Notes under the pieces: model-generated | What the model was told of the DNA's origin: nothing | Databases searched by the model: none | Seen by the model: only the letters and a program-made list of their open reading frames with translations | In this document: piece by piece, positions 43,224 through 54,159 of the stretch | How positions within the stretch are numbered: the first letter of the stretch is position 1 | Layout: each line of letters begins with the position of its first letter | Position numbers and translations under genes: made by a program | NCBI GenBank assembly: GCA_963845065.1 | Contig: CAWJQQ010000002.1 | Span: 352,001-416,000, forward strand | Origin: Nitrospirota bacterium | Lineage (GTDB): Bacteria > Nitrospirota > UBA9217 | DNA length: 64,000 bases | Reading direction: 5' to 3'

Positions 43224-44903
43224 CTATTTGCTCTGTCCCCCTGATTCACTTTTCCGCTGATATCGCTCAAGTTCTCTGATCCGGAGTGCAGCCCTTTTTA
43301 TTTTTCCGCTGATGGTCTTCGGCAATTCTTTCATAAATTCGATTGCACGTGGATATTTGTACGGCGCCGTCCTCGTCTTCACAAATTCCTGGATCTCCTG
43401 CGCCAGGGTATCGGAAGCCTTATATCCAGGAGCCAGAACTATAAAGGCCTTGATGATCTCACCGCGGATCGGATCTGGGCTTGCGACCACTGCATTTTCT
43501 GCCACTGATGGGTGTTCTTGGATGACGCTTTCCACCTCGAAGGGGCCGATGCGGTAACCGGACGCCTTTATGATATCGTCCCCCCTGCCCACGAAAGTAA
43601 AGTACCCCTCACCATCCATGGTCGCCTTATCGCCCGTATTGTACCAGCCATGCTGAAAAACTTTTTCGTTCTCCTCCGGATCTTCGAGATAGCTTTCGAA
43701 AATTCCAACAGGTTTTTCCGGGCTCACCTTAACACAGATATACCCAACCTCCTGTGTAGATACCGGCTTAAAGTCCTCATCCAGAATTTCAATATGTAGG
43801 TCCGGCAGCGGCTTCCCCATGGAACCAGGCTTGACCGGCAGAAAAGGATAATTCGCCACGAGCACTGTGCTTTCTGTCTGACCATAACCCTCATGGATCG
43901 TCTTGCCCGTCGCTTGTTTCCAAACCTTGATGACCTCCGGGTTTAGAGGTTCGCCTGCAGACGTAAAATGTTTGATAGCTGAGTAGTCATATTTTGTGAG
44001 ATCCTCGAGGATCAACATGCGATACACGGTAGGTGGGCCGCAAAATGCCGTTACGCCTCCGGTCGTCAGCAGTTCAAGCGTAAGCTTGGCATTAAACCGT
44101 CCTTCGGCATTATGGACGAACAAGCCGGCTCCGATGGCCCATTGCCCGTAGAGACCCCACGCGGACTTTGCCCAACCCGTATCCGATACGACCCAAATCA
44201 GGTCCCGGTCGGAAAGACTATGCCACAGACCGGCAGTCCGCAGATGGCCGAGGGGGTAAGAGCACAGATGGTGCACCATCTTCGGATACTTGGTTGTGCC
44301 CGACGTAAAATAGATAAGGAAGGAATCCTCGGCCGATGTTGATTCTACATCCGACCGCTTCAAGACAGGCGATGCTAAGCTCATTGCATTTTGAAAATCA
44401 TGCCAGCCTGGGGCTTCGCCGTCTATAAGGAGCTTTTGACGCAGATAGGGGGTGCTGATCTTGGCGAGGGCCTCGTCTACTTTTGCGTAGTTAGTCTTGT
44501 TCGTAATAATGACGTTTGCTTGGCCCTTCGTGATCCGGTACTCAATGTCTGAAGACAGCAAGATGACCGGCGCAGGCATGATGACCGCCCCGAGCTTGTG
44601 ACAGGCTACGAGAATAAAGTACCACTCCGGGACACGACCGAGCATGATAAACACCCGGTCACCTTTCTTGACGCCCCTGTTTTTAAGAACGTTCGCAGCC
44701 TGGTTAGAAAGCCGCGAGATATCGAGGAACGTAAATTCTTTTAGATCCTTCCCCGCCGGGTCCATCCAGACGAGGGCTCTCTTTTTTTTATCTTCTGCAT
44801 GTTTGTCGATTACGTCAAAACCGAAGTTAAATTGCTTTGGTACTGTGATATGGAACGTTTTTTTTGCAGATTCGAAGTCTTTTGCCTCAAAGAAAAGCGC
44901 CAT
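43224..44903 (-). CDS. Acyl-CoA synthetase (medium-chain / acetate-CoA ligase type)
   Basis: YFTSGTTKYPK, DTGWAK, YGQTE, GYRIGPFEVES, PKTISGKIKR. Confidence 0.93.
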   Translation of the reverse strand: MALFFEAKDFESAKKTFHITVPKQFNFGFDVIDKHAEDKKKRALVWMDPAGKDLKEFTFLDISRLSNQAANVLKNRGVKKGDRVFIMLGRVPEWYFILVACHKLGAVIMPAPVILLSSDIEYRITKGQANVIITNKTNYAKVDEALAKISTPYLRQKLLIDGEAPGWHDFQNAMSLASPVLKRSDVESTSAEDSFLIYFTSGTTKYPKMVHHLCSYPLGHLRTAGLWHSLSDRDLIWVVSDTGWAKSAWGLYGQWAIGAGLFVHNAEGRFNAKLTLELLTTGGVTAFCGPPTVYRMLILEDLTKYDYSAIKHFTSAGEPLNPEVIKVWKQATGKTIHEGYGQTESTVLVANYPFLPVKPGSMGKPLPDLHIEILDEDFKPVSTQEVGYICVKVSPEKPVGIFESYLEDPEENEKVFQHGWYNTGDKATMDGEGYFTFVGRGDDIIKASGYRIGPFEVESVIQEHPSVAENAVVASPDPIRGEIIKAFIVLAPGYKASDTLAQEIQEFVKTRTAPYKYPRAIEFMKELPKTISGKIKRAALRIRELERYQRKSESGGQSK

Positions 44904-44994
44904 AGCCCCTCCTTATAAAAGAAAAATTATTTCTATTCCAATGGATTTTACAGCTTTCCTAAACCACAGTCTGTTACCCAATTTCCCCAATGCT

Positions 44995-46197
44995 TCAATC
45001 AATCACTCTATTCGTATCCCGCAACCGCTCTGCCATTTCGCGCAGGATCTCAACAACAAATTCGGGAAATTCGTTCATCAAGTTATTTATATTCTCGTTA
45101 TTGATGGTTACCAGCTCGACATCTTCCAGCGCCACGGCCCGTGCTACACGTGAGGACGACAGAAAGAATGACATGCCGCCGAAACATCTTCCCGCTGTAA
45201 TTATGGCGATCTCCTTCTCGCCTTTCATAATCGCTATCTTGCCTTTAAACACAGAGAACATCTCGTTTCCCGGATCTCCCTCGGTAAAAATCGTTTTCCC
45301 TTGATCATACGTAACGACGTATTTGTCGATCACACCTGAGGGAACGTTCCTCTTACCTTCCATTAGTTTCTTAAGATAAACGGTCTCGTCCCGTCCTAGG
45401 CTTGCGGCGATTTCAGCGCCGAAAAGAAGTGCAAGCAGAGAAAAATATATCCAGATGATGACGACGAATAGGGACTTGAACGACCCGAAGGCAAAACCAT
45501 AGCCGGGATTATACATTAGGAAAAGGTGGAATGCCGGCCGCATCGCAAACCACAGGACTGATGTGCTTACAGCGCCAATCAGGAGGTGGAACGGCTGTAC
45601 CCGCTTCGAAAATATAAGATAGAGCGAAAAGACGACTGCGGTGACAAAGAGAAAAGGCCCGATTCTTTCGAAATATGTCCAGGTCAGGTGTAAATGATTC
45701 TTGCGCTCAATCAAAGTGAATAGGATATCCGTTACAGTAATGGCGGACAAACCCAGGAGAAAAACGATACCAATTGCAATGTCAAAGAGTTTTTCCATGA
45801 AAAAAGGCCTAGTCGGTTTCTTTCGGAATATTGTCCCCAGCGATTTGCGCAGGTCAGCTATCAGCGGTGTGACGCTCCAGAATAGCACGATTCCGTTCAG
45901 GATGCTGATGGCACCCATGTGGGAAGAGATGAATTGCACTTCGCGCAGAATATCCTGGCTGTAGGCCGGTATCACCTGGGTGAGCATGTCCTGTGTCTTC
46001 GCCAGAGCCCTGCCGGATGACCCGATTACAGCGCCGAGCACGAAGGTGAGCAGAAAAAGCGACGGGATCAGGGCGAGTGTCGCAGAAAAGGCAAGGGAAG
46101 ATGCAGAGGACAGATCATTATTTTTCTGGAGGGATGAAAAGGTTTCAAACAAGACGATCCTGATTTTTTTTAAACCGTCTCCGGCGATATTCGTCAT
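44995..46197 (-). CDS. YihY/BrkB-family membrane protein fused to a C-terminal cyclic-nucleotide-binding domain
   Basis: ASSLAFSATLALIP..FGSFKSLFVVIIWIY..LFGAE (YihY), then IFTEGDPGNEMF..G..FGGMS..RVARAVA (cNMP). Confidence 0.85.
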   Translation of the reverse strand: MTNIAGDGLKKIRIVLFETFSSLQKNNDLSSASSLAFSATLALIPSLFLLTFVLGAVIGSSGRALAKTQDMLTQVIPAYSQDILREVQFISSHMGAISILNGIVLFWSVTPLIADLRKSLGTIFRKKPTRPFFMEKLFDIAIGIVFLLGLSAITVTDILFTLIERKNHLHLTWTYFERIGPFLFVTAVVFSLYLIFSKRVQPFHLLIGAVSTSVLWFAMRPAFHLFLMYNPGYGFAFGSFKSLFVVIIWIYFSLLALLFGAEIAASLGRDETVYLKKLMEGKRNVPSGVIDKYVVTYDQGKTIFTEGDPGNEMFSVFKGKIAIMKGEKEIAIITAGRCFGGMSFFLSSSRVARAVALEDVELVTINNENINNLMNEFPEFVVEILREMAERLRDTNRVID

Positions 46198-46339
46198 AGC
46201 TCCTCAGGAATTACCGGCATACCGGTCTTCGAGATCTCTTAAGCTGGGCAAGTAATGGGCATTATAGAGAGTTATTTGAGAAATATCAAGATTCACCCTC
46301 CTGCAAAGGAACGCTGCAGAGAAAAAAACAGTATCTTTT

Positions 46340-47273
46340 TACTCCCCTAACTCCAAAGAGTCAGCGTCTGACTGCCAGGGATTTCTAACGGCAGTACCAG
46401 CGAACTTTTTAGCAGTGTGGTTGCCAATATCGACCGATGTTGATCCGCTTTTAACGGGCACGCAGCTCCGTCTCCGGTTCATGTTGTTATCTGGTTTAAT
46501 ACCGAAGCTGACAGGGTAGATCCGACCCATTGCAGCTTATTGCAGCATCCTCGACACCGTCCGTTCCAGAAGCAGGTTGGTACCCGGCCAAGCTTCGGAA
46601 GACCGGCGTGTGTCAAGTACATCTTTAAAAAACAACCTTTGCTGGAAATACGGAACATAGGATCACGCTTTGAAGTTACCCGAATTCGCAGTTATGCCAT
46701 CTTTGGGATAAAAACTTTTTGCCGACTTCTTCGCAGTGGCATGTCTGTGTAAGCTTTGTGCTCTTGGTAGAAAACTCTGTACATTTCCGCGTTTGCCAAA
46801 CTCGTAGTCGATGACGGCATCATATGCTCTAGATGCTATCTTCTGAGCAGTCAGACTGTTTATATGCTCGCCTATCAAGCAGGAGTGTCTAGGCTGACGA
46901 AGGTAGTCATGAGGGTGGCATTTGGTGTATTTGACCAGGTTTCTGGCAGTTTTAAGCATCTTGGTACGAAGCTTTTTTTTTCAGCCAAGCGCCATGTAAG
47001 AGGCCGGCGCATGGCGGCATGACTCTTCATCGCTGCCAAAACGGACATTATATTAGGTTACGACTACCTTCGATCCAGGCCTCAAGCATTCGAATGTCTT
47101 TTGGGATAGTTACGAGTTGAAACTCGCAGATAAAAGATGGGGTTATGGATGTACTGGTTATTGCTAGAGCAAATATACCACAATGATGAACATTTGTTTA
47201 TCAGTAGATATGTTGAGTTTCCACGTTCATCCCCATGGTTAAAACTAGGGACTTTCTGCTTATGTTTCGGTAA
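46340..47273 (-). mobile_element. tnpB: Decayed IS200/IS605 element with tnpB pseudogene and 3' omegaRNA-like tail
   Basis: Left-end hairpin at 47225-47273; fragments TPSFICEFQL..., INSLTAQKIASRAYDAVIDYEFGKRG; 3' end agaaatccctgg..taggggag. Confidence 0.7.
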
Positions 47274-47313
47274 CTATTGAGAATAATTTCGACTCCGTCA
47301 ACCTTATGCGTCA

Positions 47314-50300
47314 TCAAAGTGAAGACTCTTCCTCAGCAGTTGTTCCTGGACCATTTTTCAGCTGGAAACAGAGTCCTGAAAATACAAGCCCGTTTGTGCC
47401 GTCGATGCTGATTGCAGCCCCCTCTTGTATCCGTGTGATCCCGATTATCCCATACGGGCGCCGCGGTTCATCATCGTTTATTTTCATATCAGCACACGAC
47501 ACAACTGCAGAAATTCCAAATTTTTGTGCAAGAACGGCCGCGTGCGACGTGACTCCGCCTGCTGCGGTGATAATACCCTTGATAAACGGCATGAGAGAAA
47601 CATCGTTCGTGTTCGCTGTCTTGCGCATAAGAATAACCGGCAAACCTCTTTCCTTTTTCAGCAACTCAATCTGTTCGCGCGAGGCAGCGAATGACGCCAC
47701 ACCGCTCAACGCCCCTCCACTTGCACCTACGCCGCGTCCTATCACCCGGGCCTCCATACTGCAGATCTCATCAAATTTATTAAAGTATCTTTCACCCTGT
47801 TCCATTCGCCGTGTCTGGATAACAGAAAGAATGTAATGGCCGCTTTTGTCTGTGGTGTAGGTCGCTTCAACCTCCTGTGGAAGCCCGTTGAAAGCATTCT
47901 CTATCGATCGAGCGGCTTTCTGATGCTGGTGGTATAGTTCAGGATCGGTATCTTCGAGGCTTTTTTGTCCCGCGGCTGTCTGCGCTCGCGATAGAGGTTG
48001 ACCGGATTTTCTGCCTGAAACAAGATCATCGCCGCTGGCGTTTTCCTGGGTTTCACCGACTATACCCTCTGCAAGTGTTTGAGGGTTTTTAGTGAAGAAC
48101 ACGGTGACACCTGCACCGGTTTGGTTGCCGGAAACCATCTCCATCAATGTCACGGATGTACCCCACTCTTCTGATGTATCGGTTGCCGAGCGAAACTGTT
48201 GGGCACGGTCGTTGAACCATGAGGCATATACAGCGCGAGCACAGAGTCTCAGCTGTTCATAGACATCGGAAGGTATTGTTAGCCCCCTTGATCTGAGTCG
48301 CGATATATACTGACCTGCGATCGACCTTGCATAAAGTGGCCCCCCCGCTTCTGCAGGGCTCCGTGGTTGGACAATCCCGTATTCCCTCGTAATCTGCTCA
48401 AAAAAACCTCTCTCCAGCCCAAGCACTAACATGCCGAAATGCTCGATGAATTTTTGATAGGAGTCCCATCCCAGCGCCGGGTTGTTAGATGTTCGTATAA
48501 ACGCGTCAAGCGTCTCATTGTTCATGCCGCAGTAAAGAATGGAGGATAAAATACCAGGCATGGAGAGGTACGATCCGCTTCTTACAGAAAGAAAGAGCGG
48601 CCTGCTGGTTCCACCATACGACCTATGCGTTCTCGCCTCAATCACGCTCACCGCCTCTTTCAGAATATCCATAAACTCCCGTTGCTTCGTAAAAAGTTCA
48701 TAGTTCTTCGTATGACGCGCAGGCAAAACTGCCCCAGCAGGTGTAGTGAGCCCCCCGTCTCTTAAAATAACGAGATTTTTTGCTTTACTGCCCAGATCCG
48801 GCGCCAGCCTTATGGCATCCCGGAGACTGATTGCATGAATATCGTAAAAATTCAGTGTTGGGTGCGTCTCTCCGATTTCACGAACGCTGTCACCGCCGGA
48901 TAGCACGCGTGAGTGGATCGCGTTCACAAGCACTGCCAATAGCCGATCAATCTCGACAAGGCTGGGAATGTAGCTGAGCACGTCTCTCATGACTATATCT
49001 GCTGCTTTGTCCAAAAAATCGGGTGATGCAATTTCGAGGTTTTTGAGATGCTCAGGAAGATCGTCATGGGGGAAGTCCTTGATGACCTCTTTGAGTGGCT
49101 CGTGAAAAAACCTCGTGATTGCCGATACCATCCATGCCAGTTCTTTCTGCCACATCCTGAGGACATCGATAATTTGAGTCAGGTGAAGCCAATTATGTTC
49201 CAACACTTTTCCGTACTCATCAATAAGTGAATTTTGCATGCCGTATATCTTGAGGATTTCCCATGCTTCGGCAAGAGCAGCGAGCCACTTCTGTATTTCA
49301 GATAGCTCTGCTGCGGCTCCCTTTTTTTCGATTTCAAAAATAATCGACTCTAGGATAACAGGGATATCTTCGGCGCAGCTCATCATATCTTTCATGGCAT
49401 CGAATTTAATTTCACGATACGTCCCGAGTACCGAAGGGATGCCGAATGCGATATGACGTTTGAAATATAAGTTTTCTTGCGGTTCTGTCTTTTCCTTTGA
49501 CAACACAGTTCTTTTGCACCCGCGAAGCCTGTTAAGCATATTGTGCAGGCGGGTATGAACATCGCCGACCGCTGTATCTCTACTTAGCAAGGAGTACTTT
49601 TTCACTACTTCCTTGTACAATTTGCATAAAAGCCGCACTTTTTCTCTCGCTTCGGCATCTCTATGATCTGCCTTCCGAAGTTGAGCGTCTATCACTTCAT
49701 CGGGAATCCACAGAAGCTTGTCCAGATGAAGCCCTGTTGCATCCTCTATACCTTCGGCTCTAAAAAAGCAACTGATGACAGATGCATATCTTGTCACGAG
49801 ATCAGGATTTATTTGAGAATATACATCAGGGGGCACTACCTCCTTCAGGAAAGAAGTATCGTTATGAGTCCAGAATCTCAAAACGGACCCTATCAACCGG
49901 ATGTTGTGGCTGCTTGCGTTCACATGAACCTGTTTTCGAACAAAATAGATGACGGGGTCATTTCCCCAGGAGTCAATCTCTGTTGAATAATCCCTGAGCT
50001 TGTTTGCTGCACCCACCTCATTGAAATACACGGGAAATCGTTCAAGTAAGAGATAATGCAGAAGGAACTGTCCCTTCATCGTCGGTGAGTTTAAATAGGC
50101 CGATACCTGTCGCTGGAACAACCGGTCATCGGGGATGAGCACACCACTCACTATCAGGTTTGCAATCACGTGTATGAGGACGCTTTCTAGCTTCTCATCT
50201 CCTATCATGAGAAGTTCCATAAATTTGCTCAGTCGTTCGAAATGCAGCGGGTTGACGATCTCAGCCCAAGTATCTGGAGATATTCCCTGTACCCGTGCTG

Positions 50301-51732
50301 CGGGAATGGTGATCTTTTTTAAGTCTAGAACGTACTGCATGATGAACGCCTTATGGCCAGAATTCAAAACAGATCGTGCAAAGCGCGGATCTAGCATGAT
50401 TTGGTTAAAAAGAAACGGTCCCAAATCTCTCATTCTCCGCAGAAGAACAGCGCATATATCAAGCCGGCCATTGGTAATGAGTTTCTCCATGATCCGGGAA
50501 GTTTTCATCCTCATTAATGCCAAAGCCTCAATGGACAGTTGGTTAGCGGAGGAGAGATAAACCCCCATGGCCTCCGCAAACGTATTCGCTGATTCGGCCG
50601 TCAGCTCTTGTTCCGCTATGTCAAAAAAAGTGGAAATATGCTGCCGGTCATCGAAAGCCAGCATATCAATTTCTGCAATCATGTCGAGGATATGGTTCGC
50701 ATCCCCCGTGGCCATCCGTTGTTCCACCTCAGCCAACTTCTGTGCTGTTCGAAATTGTCCCGGCTCTCCAAATTTTGAAAGGAAATCGAGATCCTCGATG
50801 GAAATAAATTTTCCAAGAGAGGTCAGGAGTTGGTTATTTAAAAACGTTACTGACTTTCCTTTTTTCTGGAGAGAGCTGATGAGAAGGGCTAAAACTCCGC
50901 TAATTTCGATACCAGGAAATTTCCGGAGGAGTTCCTTTAGCACGGCTATGGCTGGCATTGTTTGCGACGATAGATCAATTGTAGATCGAGAAATCATCTG
51001 CAGCCATGTTTCCGCAAGAGGCCGCAAGCTCTTCTGGTCGCGATTGGCATTAAGAGGCAACTCGAGGAGATTAAAGTAGTTGGATACTGCCTTACACCTA
51101 TCTGCACAGCTGGCTCGTTCGGCAGCCCGAAGTGCAAAACGGGCGAGGATATCGAAAGCATCGTAAAAATCATCTGGTACACTCCAATAAAAATCAATTG
51201 CAAATCCGTTCAACGCCTCAGAAAAGCTGGCCCAATCCTTTTTGGTAGAGTGGACCTGCGCGACGATTTCCTCGGCTTTCTGCAATAGCCCGACCTTATC
51301 GTGCAAAGGCGTGGTCAACCTCGTAAGATCAATTGAGGCAAGTTCTTCTGAGAGTTCTACAGCAGATAAGTAGAGGCCGCCGGCAGTTTCTTTTTTTAAT
51401 AGAAACGTTCCGATATGTCTTCCGATTTGAATAATATCGATTTGGAGGTCCCTTGCTTCGGCTATACGGCTGCTATTCACAGCAAATTCAAAATATCCAT
51501 TCTGCAAAGGGCTGCGTGATAGTTCCACCCCGCTCTTATTTAATGATGCCTCATAGTTTCCATGGGGCACGGCGAGAATCGTTCCCTTGAAGATTGTAGT
51601 ATAGCCGCTGTCAGTCATGCAAAAATCCTTTATTACGAGCGACTTTATAACACCTTTATACGCTGTAGCGAGCGTTCCAACCAGATAGTCCAGACGACAG
51701 ATATCATGTGCCATCTCAGCCGCATTTTCCAT
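47314..51732 (-). CDS. Giant PPDK-like dikinase: ~960-aa unknown N-terminus + ATP-grasp + phospho-His domain, no pyruvate-binding barrel
   Basis: GSKAKNL (~aa 981), LSVRSGSYLSMPGI, EMVSGN, FFTKNP, GDDLVSG, IQTR; GGVTSHAAV (His1397); ends 75 aa later. Confidence 0.88.
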   Translation of the reverse strand: MENAAEMAHDICRLDYLVGTLATAYKGVIKSLVIKDFCMTDSGYTTIFKGTILAVPHGNYEASLNKSGVELSRSPLQNGYFEFAVNSSRIAEARDLQIDIIQIGRHIGTFLLKKETAGGLYLSAVELSEELASIDLTRLTTPLHDKVGLLQKAEEIVAQVHSTKKDWASFSEALNGFAIDFYWSVPDDFYDAFDILARFALRAAERASCADRCKAVSNYFNLLELPLNANRDQKSLRPLAETWLQMISRSTIDLSSQTMPAIAVLKELLRKFPGIEISGVLALLISSLQKKGKSVTFLNNQLLTSLGKFISIEDLDFLSKFGEPGQFRTAQKLAEVEQRMATGDANHILDMIAEIDMLAFDDRQHISTFFDIAEQELTAESANTFAEAMGVYLSSANQLSIEALALMRMKTSRIMEKLITNGRLDICAVLLRRMRDLGPFLFNQIMLDPRFARSVLNSGHKAFIMQYVLDLKKITIPAARVQGISPDTWAEIVNPLHFERLSKFMELLMIGDEKLESVLIHVIANLIVSGVLIPDDRLFQRQVSAYLNSPTMKGQFLLHYLLLERFPVYFNEVGAANKLRDYSTEIDSWGNDPVIYFVRKQVHVNASSHNIRLIGSVLRFWTHNDTSFLKEVVPPDVYSQINPDLVTRYASVISCFFRAEGIEDATGLHLDKLLWIPDEVIDAQLRKADHRDAEAREKVRLLCKLYKEVVKKYSLLSRDTAVGDVHTRLHNMLNRLRGCKRTVLSKEKTEPQENLYFKRHIAFGIPSVLGTYREIKFDAMKDMMSCAEDIPVILESIIFEIEKKGAAAELSEIQKWLAALAEAWEILKIYGMQNSLIDEYGKVLEHNWLHLTQIIDVLRMWQKELAWMVSAITRFFHEPLKEVIKDFPHDDLPEHLKNLEIASPDFLDKAADIVMRDVLSYIPSLVEIDRLLAVLVNAIHSRVLSGGDSVREIGETHPTLNFYDIHAISLRDAIRLAPDLGSKAKNLVILRDGGLTTPAGAVLPARHTKNYELFTKQREFMDILKEAVSVIEARTHRSYGGTSRPLFLSVRSGSYLSMPGILSSILYCGMNNETLDAFIRTSNNPALGWDSYQKFIEHFGMLVLGLERGFFEQITREYGIVQPRSPAEAGGPLYARSIAGQYISRLRSRGLTIPSDVYEQLRLCARAVYASWFNDRAQQFRSATDTSEEWGTSVTLMEMVSGNQTGAGVTVFFTKNPQTLAEGIVGETQENASGDDLVSGRKSGQPLSRAQTAAGQKSLEDTDPELYHQHQKAARSIENAFNGLPQEVEATYTTDKSGHYILSVIQTRRMEQGERYFNKFDEICSMEARVIGRGVGASGGALSGVASFAASREQIELLKKERGLPVILMRKTANTNDVSLMPFIKGIITAAGGVTSHAAVLAQKFGISAVVSCADMKINDDEPRRPYGIIGITRIQEGAAISIDGTNGLVFSGLCFQLKNGPGTTAEEESSL

Positions 51733-52052
51733 TCGAAGCTCCTCTTCAAGTGGTGCTATCCACCTCTAATATCTAAGATAGCACCAGCTTGATTAGGCTG
51801 TCAGATAGGAAATTTGATAGATGGAAAAAGTATTACAAAAAAGCTCTCACGAAAATCCAGAAGCTACATGACTTCTTGACAGTGTTAAATCGTGCTAAAA
51901 TATGAGTTCATATTCGAAGTATCAATTCTCGGATAAGCAGCAACATCGCTCACGTCTCAGTGATCTATAAGACAAAAACTTAATTATGGCGGCTATACCT
52001 TTGTCTTCTACGCTGTTAAAGTTGCGCTTCTTATAGCGCTTCTCTGTATATC

Positions 52053-52565
52053 GTGAATGCTCCCGCAACCAATGATAATACTAATCTATTGGTTATGGTT
52101 TCCAACAAGGCGGTTTTTTACGGAGGATAGCCGGTTCCTTGGAAGATGCAGTGTCACTTGCTGCACCCCCGTAAAGGCGATTCAAGTATTTGCTTTCTAT
52201 CTGAACAATGGTTGCTGAAATGGCCAGTCGGGCCTTTTCTACATACGCCTTGTAAAAAACCTTTTTCTATGGATTTCTGGACGGTGGTTAGGATGGATAA
52301 TATCTCTTTACTCGTTCTCGTGCTTTAGCGGCTCCGGCAGGAATACGGCATCGATAAAAAACATTGGCCGCAGTCAGATATCCATTAGGCACCATGGGTA
52401 TTGCTCTATTACAGATAAGCGGGTTTTTAAGCTTGAGCTGTTGTTATGATATGGATGTTGGTAATTCATGCAATATATTATGCTATACCTTTGTTCAGTT
52501 TGTCAAATATTTGAAGAAATATAAACCAATTCATCCCACAACCAATACGTCGTTTGGATGGAGTA
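52053..52565 (-). mobile_element. Second copy of the 8027-8414 IS200/IS605 element family
   Basis: Identical 20-mer GTGAATGCTCCCGCAACCAA, shared TTCCAAnAAGGnGGTT and GCAGTGTCACTT, and CCAATTCATCCC..ACCAAnACGTnGTTTGG at the other end. Confidence 0.7.
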
Positions 52566-53249
52566 CACCGTCTCCCTCAGACTAATTATATAGTAATTGA
52601 TCGCCCTTTCATGGCAGCGTTGTCTCGTACGATTCCGGCCGTTATTTTATTTAGGTTTGTTTGGTCGCGGATAAAATAAGCTCTGGAGGGTGATTTGGGC
52701 TCCGAGTAACCGTGCCAACAGGTCAAGCGACTGCGTGATGTTTCTCAGTTTGTCGTATCCAATTTTTACAAGACCAGTGTCCAGGAGATCCCAAGCCACA
52801 TCTAGTATTTTTTAGTGTTTTTTTTGAACAAGTCCTTGCTTGGTCCGATTTGTGTTACTTTTATTACACGATGGTCTTCCATTTCGAATCTCTTGCTTAA
52901 AGAGAGTGCGCGGGCTTGACATTTCTGCAACTTAGTGCTATTGATTTGTATAGAAACTAATTCTTAGCATTTGCGCGTTTAAGCCCATAAATGTGCTGGT
53001 ACGAATAATCAATTGTGCGGCATCACGTACCGAGTTGAAAGTTTTTGTTGCAATTTATTTAAAAGTAATTTTATTCAAAAGAAGTATAAAAATAAAGAGA
53101 AGGTGAATATTTTATGAAAGTTAAGAGTTTATGGCCTCTTTATTGATTCGCTGGTATGACATTATCAATCATTACCAGCTTTATTTCGTAATACGGAGGC
53201 ATCAAGAATATAAGTAAACGACATCGACAAAACGACGAGGAGCGACGAT

Positions 53250-53792
53250 ATGAATCGCAAATACTTGCTGTATCTTTCTTTTGTCTTACTGGTTGGCATT
53301 TTTACCTTGTGGGGTTGTCCGAAAAAAGCGGAAGTGGCAACAGCACCTGAAACGCAAACGCAGGCGGAGAAAGTACCACCGCCGACGACGACACCAAGTC
53401 CCGCAACAGAAGCTGCAATACCCGAAGGTACGCATGAAAAATCAGGAACAATGGCGGAAGGGCTTAAGCCTATTTATTTTGATTTCGACAAGTCCTTCAT
53501 TCGCGAAGACGCAATGACCGTAATGCAGACTAATATGGAATGGCTCAAGGCGAACCCCAGCGTAATGGTGAGGATCGAGGGCAATTGTGATGAACGTGGT
53601 ACTGTTACGTATAATCAAGCACTCGGTCAGCGACGTGCAGTGAGCGCAAAAAAATACCTGACTGATATGGGTATCTCAGGAAGTCGTATTTCGCTTATCA
53701 GCTATGGCAAGGAAAAGCCGGTATGCACTGAACATACTGAAAAGTGCTGGCAAAAAAACAGAAGAGATGATCTTGTTGCCTTAGGCCAGTAA
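53250..53792 (+). CDS. pal: Peptidoglycan-associated lipoprotein (OmpA-like)
   Basis: Lipobox LWGC; IYFDFDKS, IEGNCDERG..YNQALGQRRA, ISYGKEKP, NRR. Confidence 0.92.
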   Translation: MNRKYLLYLSFVLLVGIFTLWGCPKKAEVATAPETQTQAEKVPPPTTTPSPATEAAIPEGTHEKSGTMAEGLKPIYFDFDKSFIREDAMTVMQTNMEWLKANPSVMVRIEGNCDERGTVTYNQALGQRRAVSAKKYLTDMGISGSRISLISYGKEKPVCTEHTEKCWQKNRRDDLVALGQ

Positions 53793-53879
53793 GGGCGCTG
53801 TAGAAGGATATCAACCTCTTTGCATTCATATCTAAAAGTAGCTTCTCTACTTTATGATATTATGAAGGAGGTAAACGAG

Positions 53880-54155
53880 ATACGGTTCTTCAAGCTTCTC
53901 AATATTGTACCAGAAATATCTCACATAGGGTCGATAAGGCATTCGACAAAAGAAAATCCACAAAGTAAGGCTTCACACAAGGCTTGGAATTGGCTCTTAT
54001 TACTGCCATTCCTCGGGCTGATGTGGCCTCCCCTGTACGCAAAAACCGATCCGGTATTGTTCGGTTTCCCTTTCTTTTACTGGTATCAGTTTGCGTGAGT
54101 TATTGCGAGCGCTTTTCTGACCGGCATTGTCTACCTCGCAACGCGAAGGAGGTAA
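53880..54155 (+). pseudogene. DUF3311 small membrane protein with premature TGA (start degenerate)
   Basis: LLLLPF..PPLYAKTDPVLFGFPFFYWYQFA*VIASAFLTGIVY; the TGA at 54096 sits where Trp is expected. Confidence 0.75.
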
Positions 54156-54159
54156 TGCC

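Noticed and set aside
54096..54098. In-frame TGA in the DUF3311 gene as selenocysteine or recoded Trp
   Set aside because: It falls at an expected Trp in a TM segment, the neighbouring gene is also frameshifted, and TGA serves as a normal stop elsewhere in the window; a TGG>TGA nonsense change is simpler.
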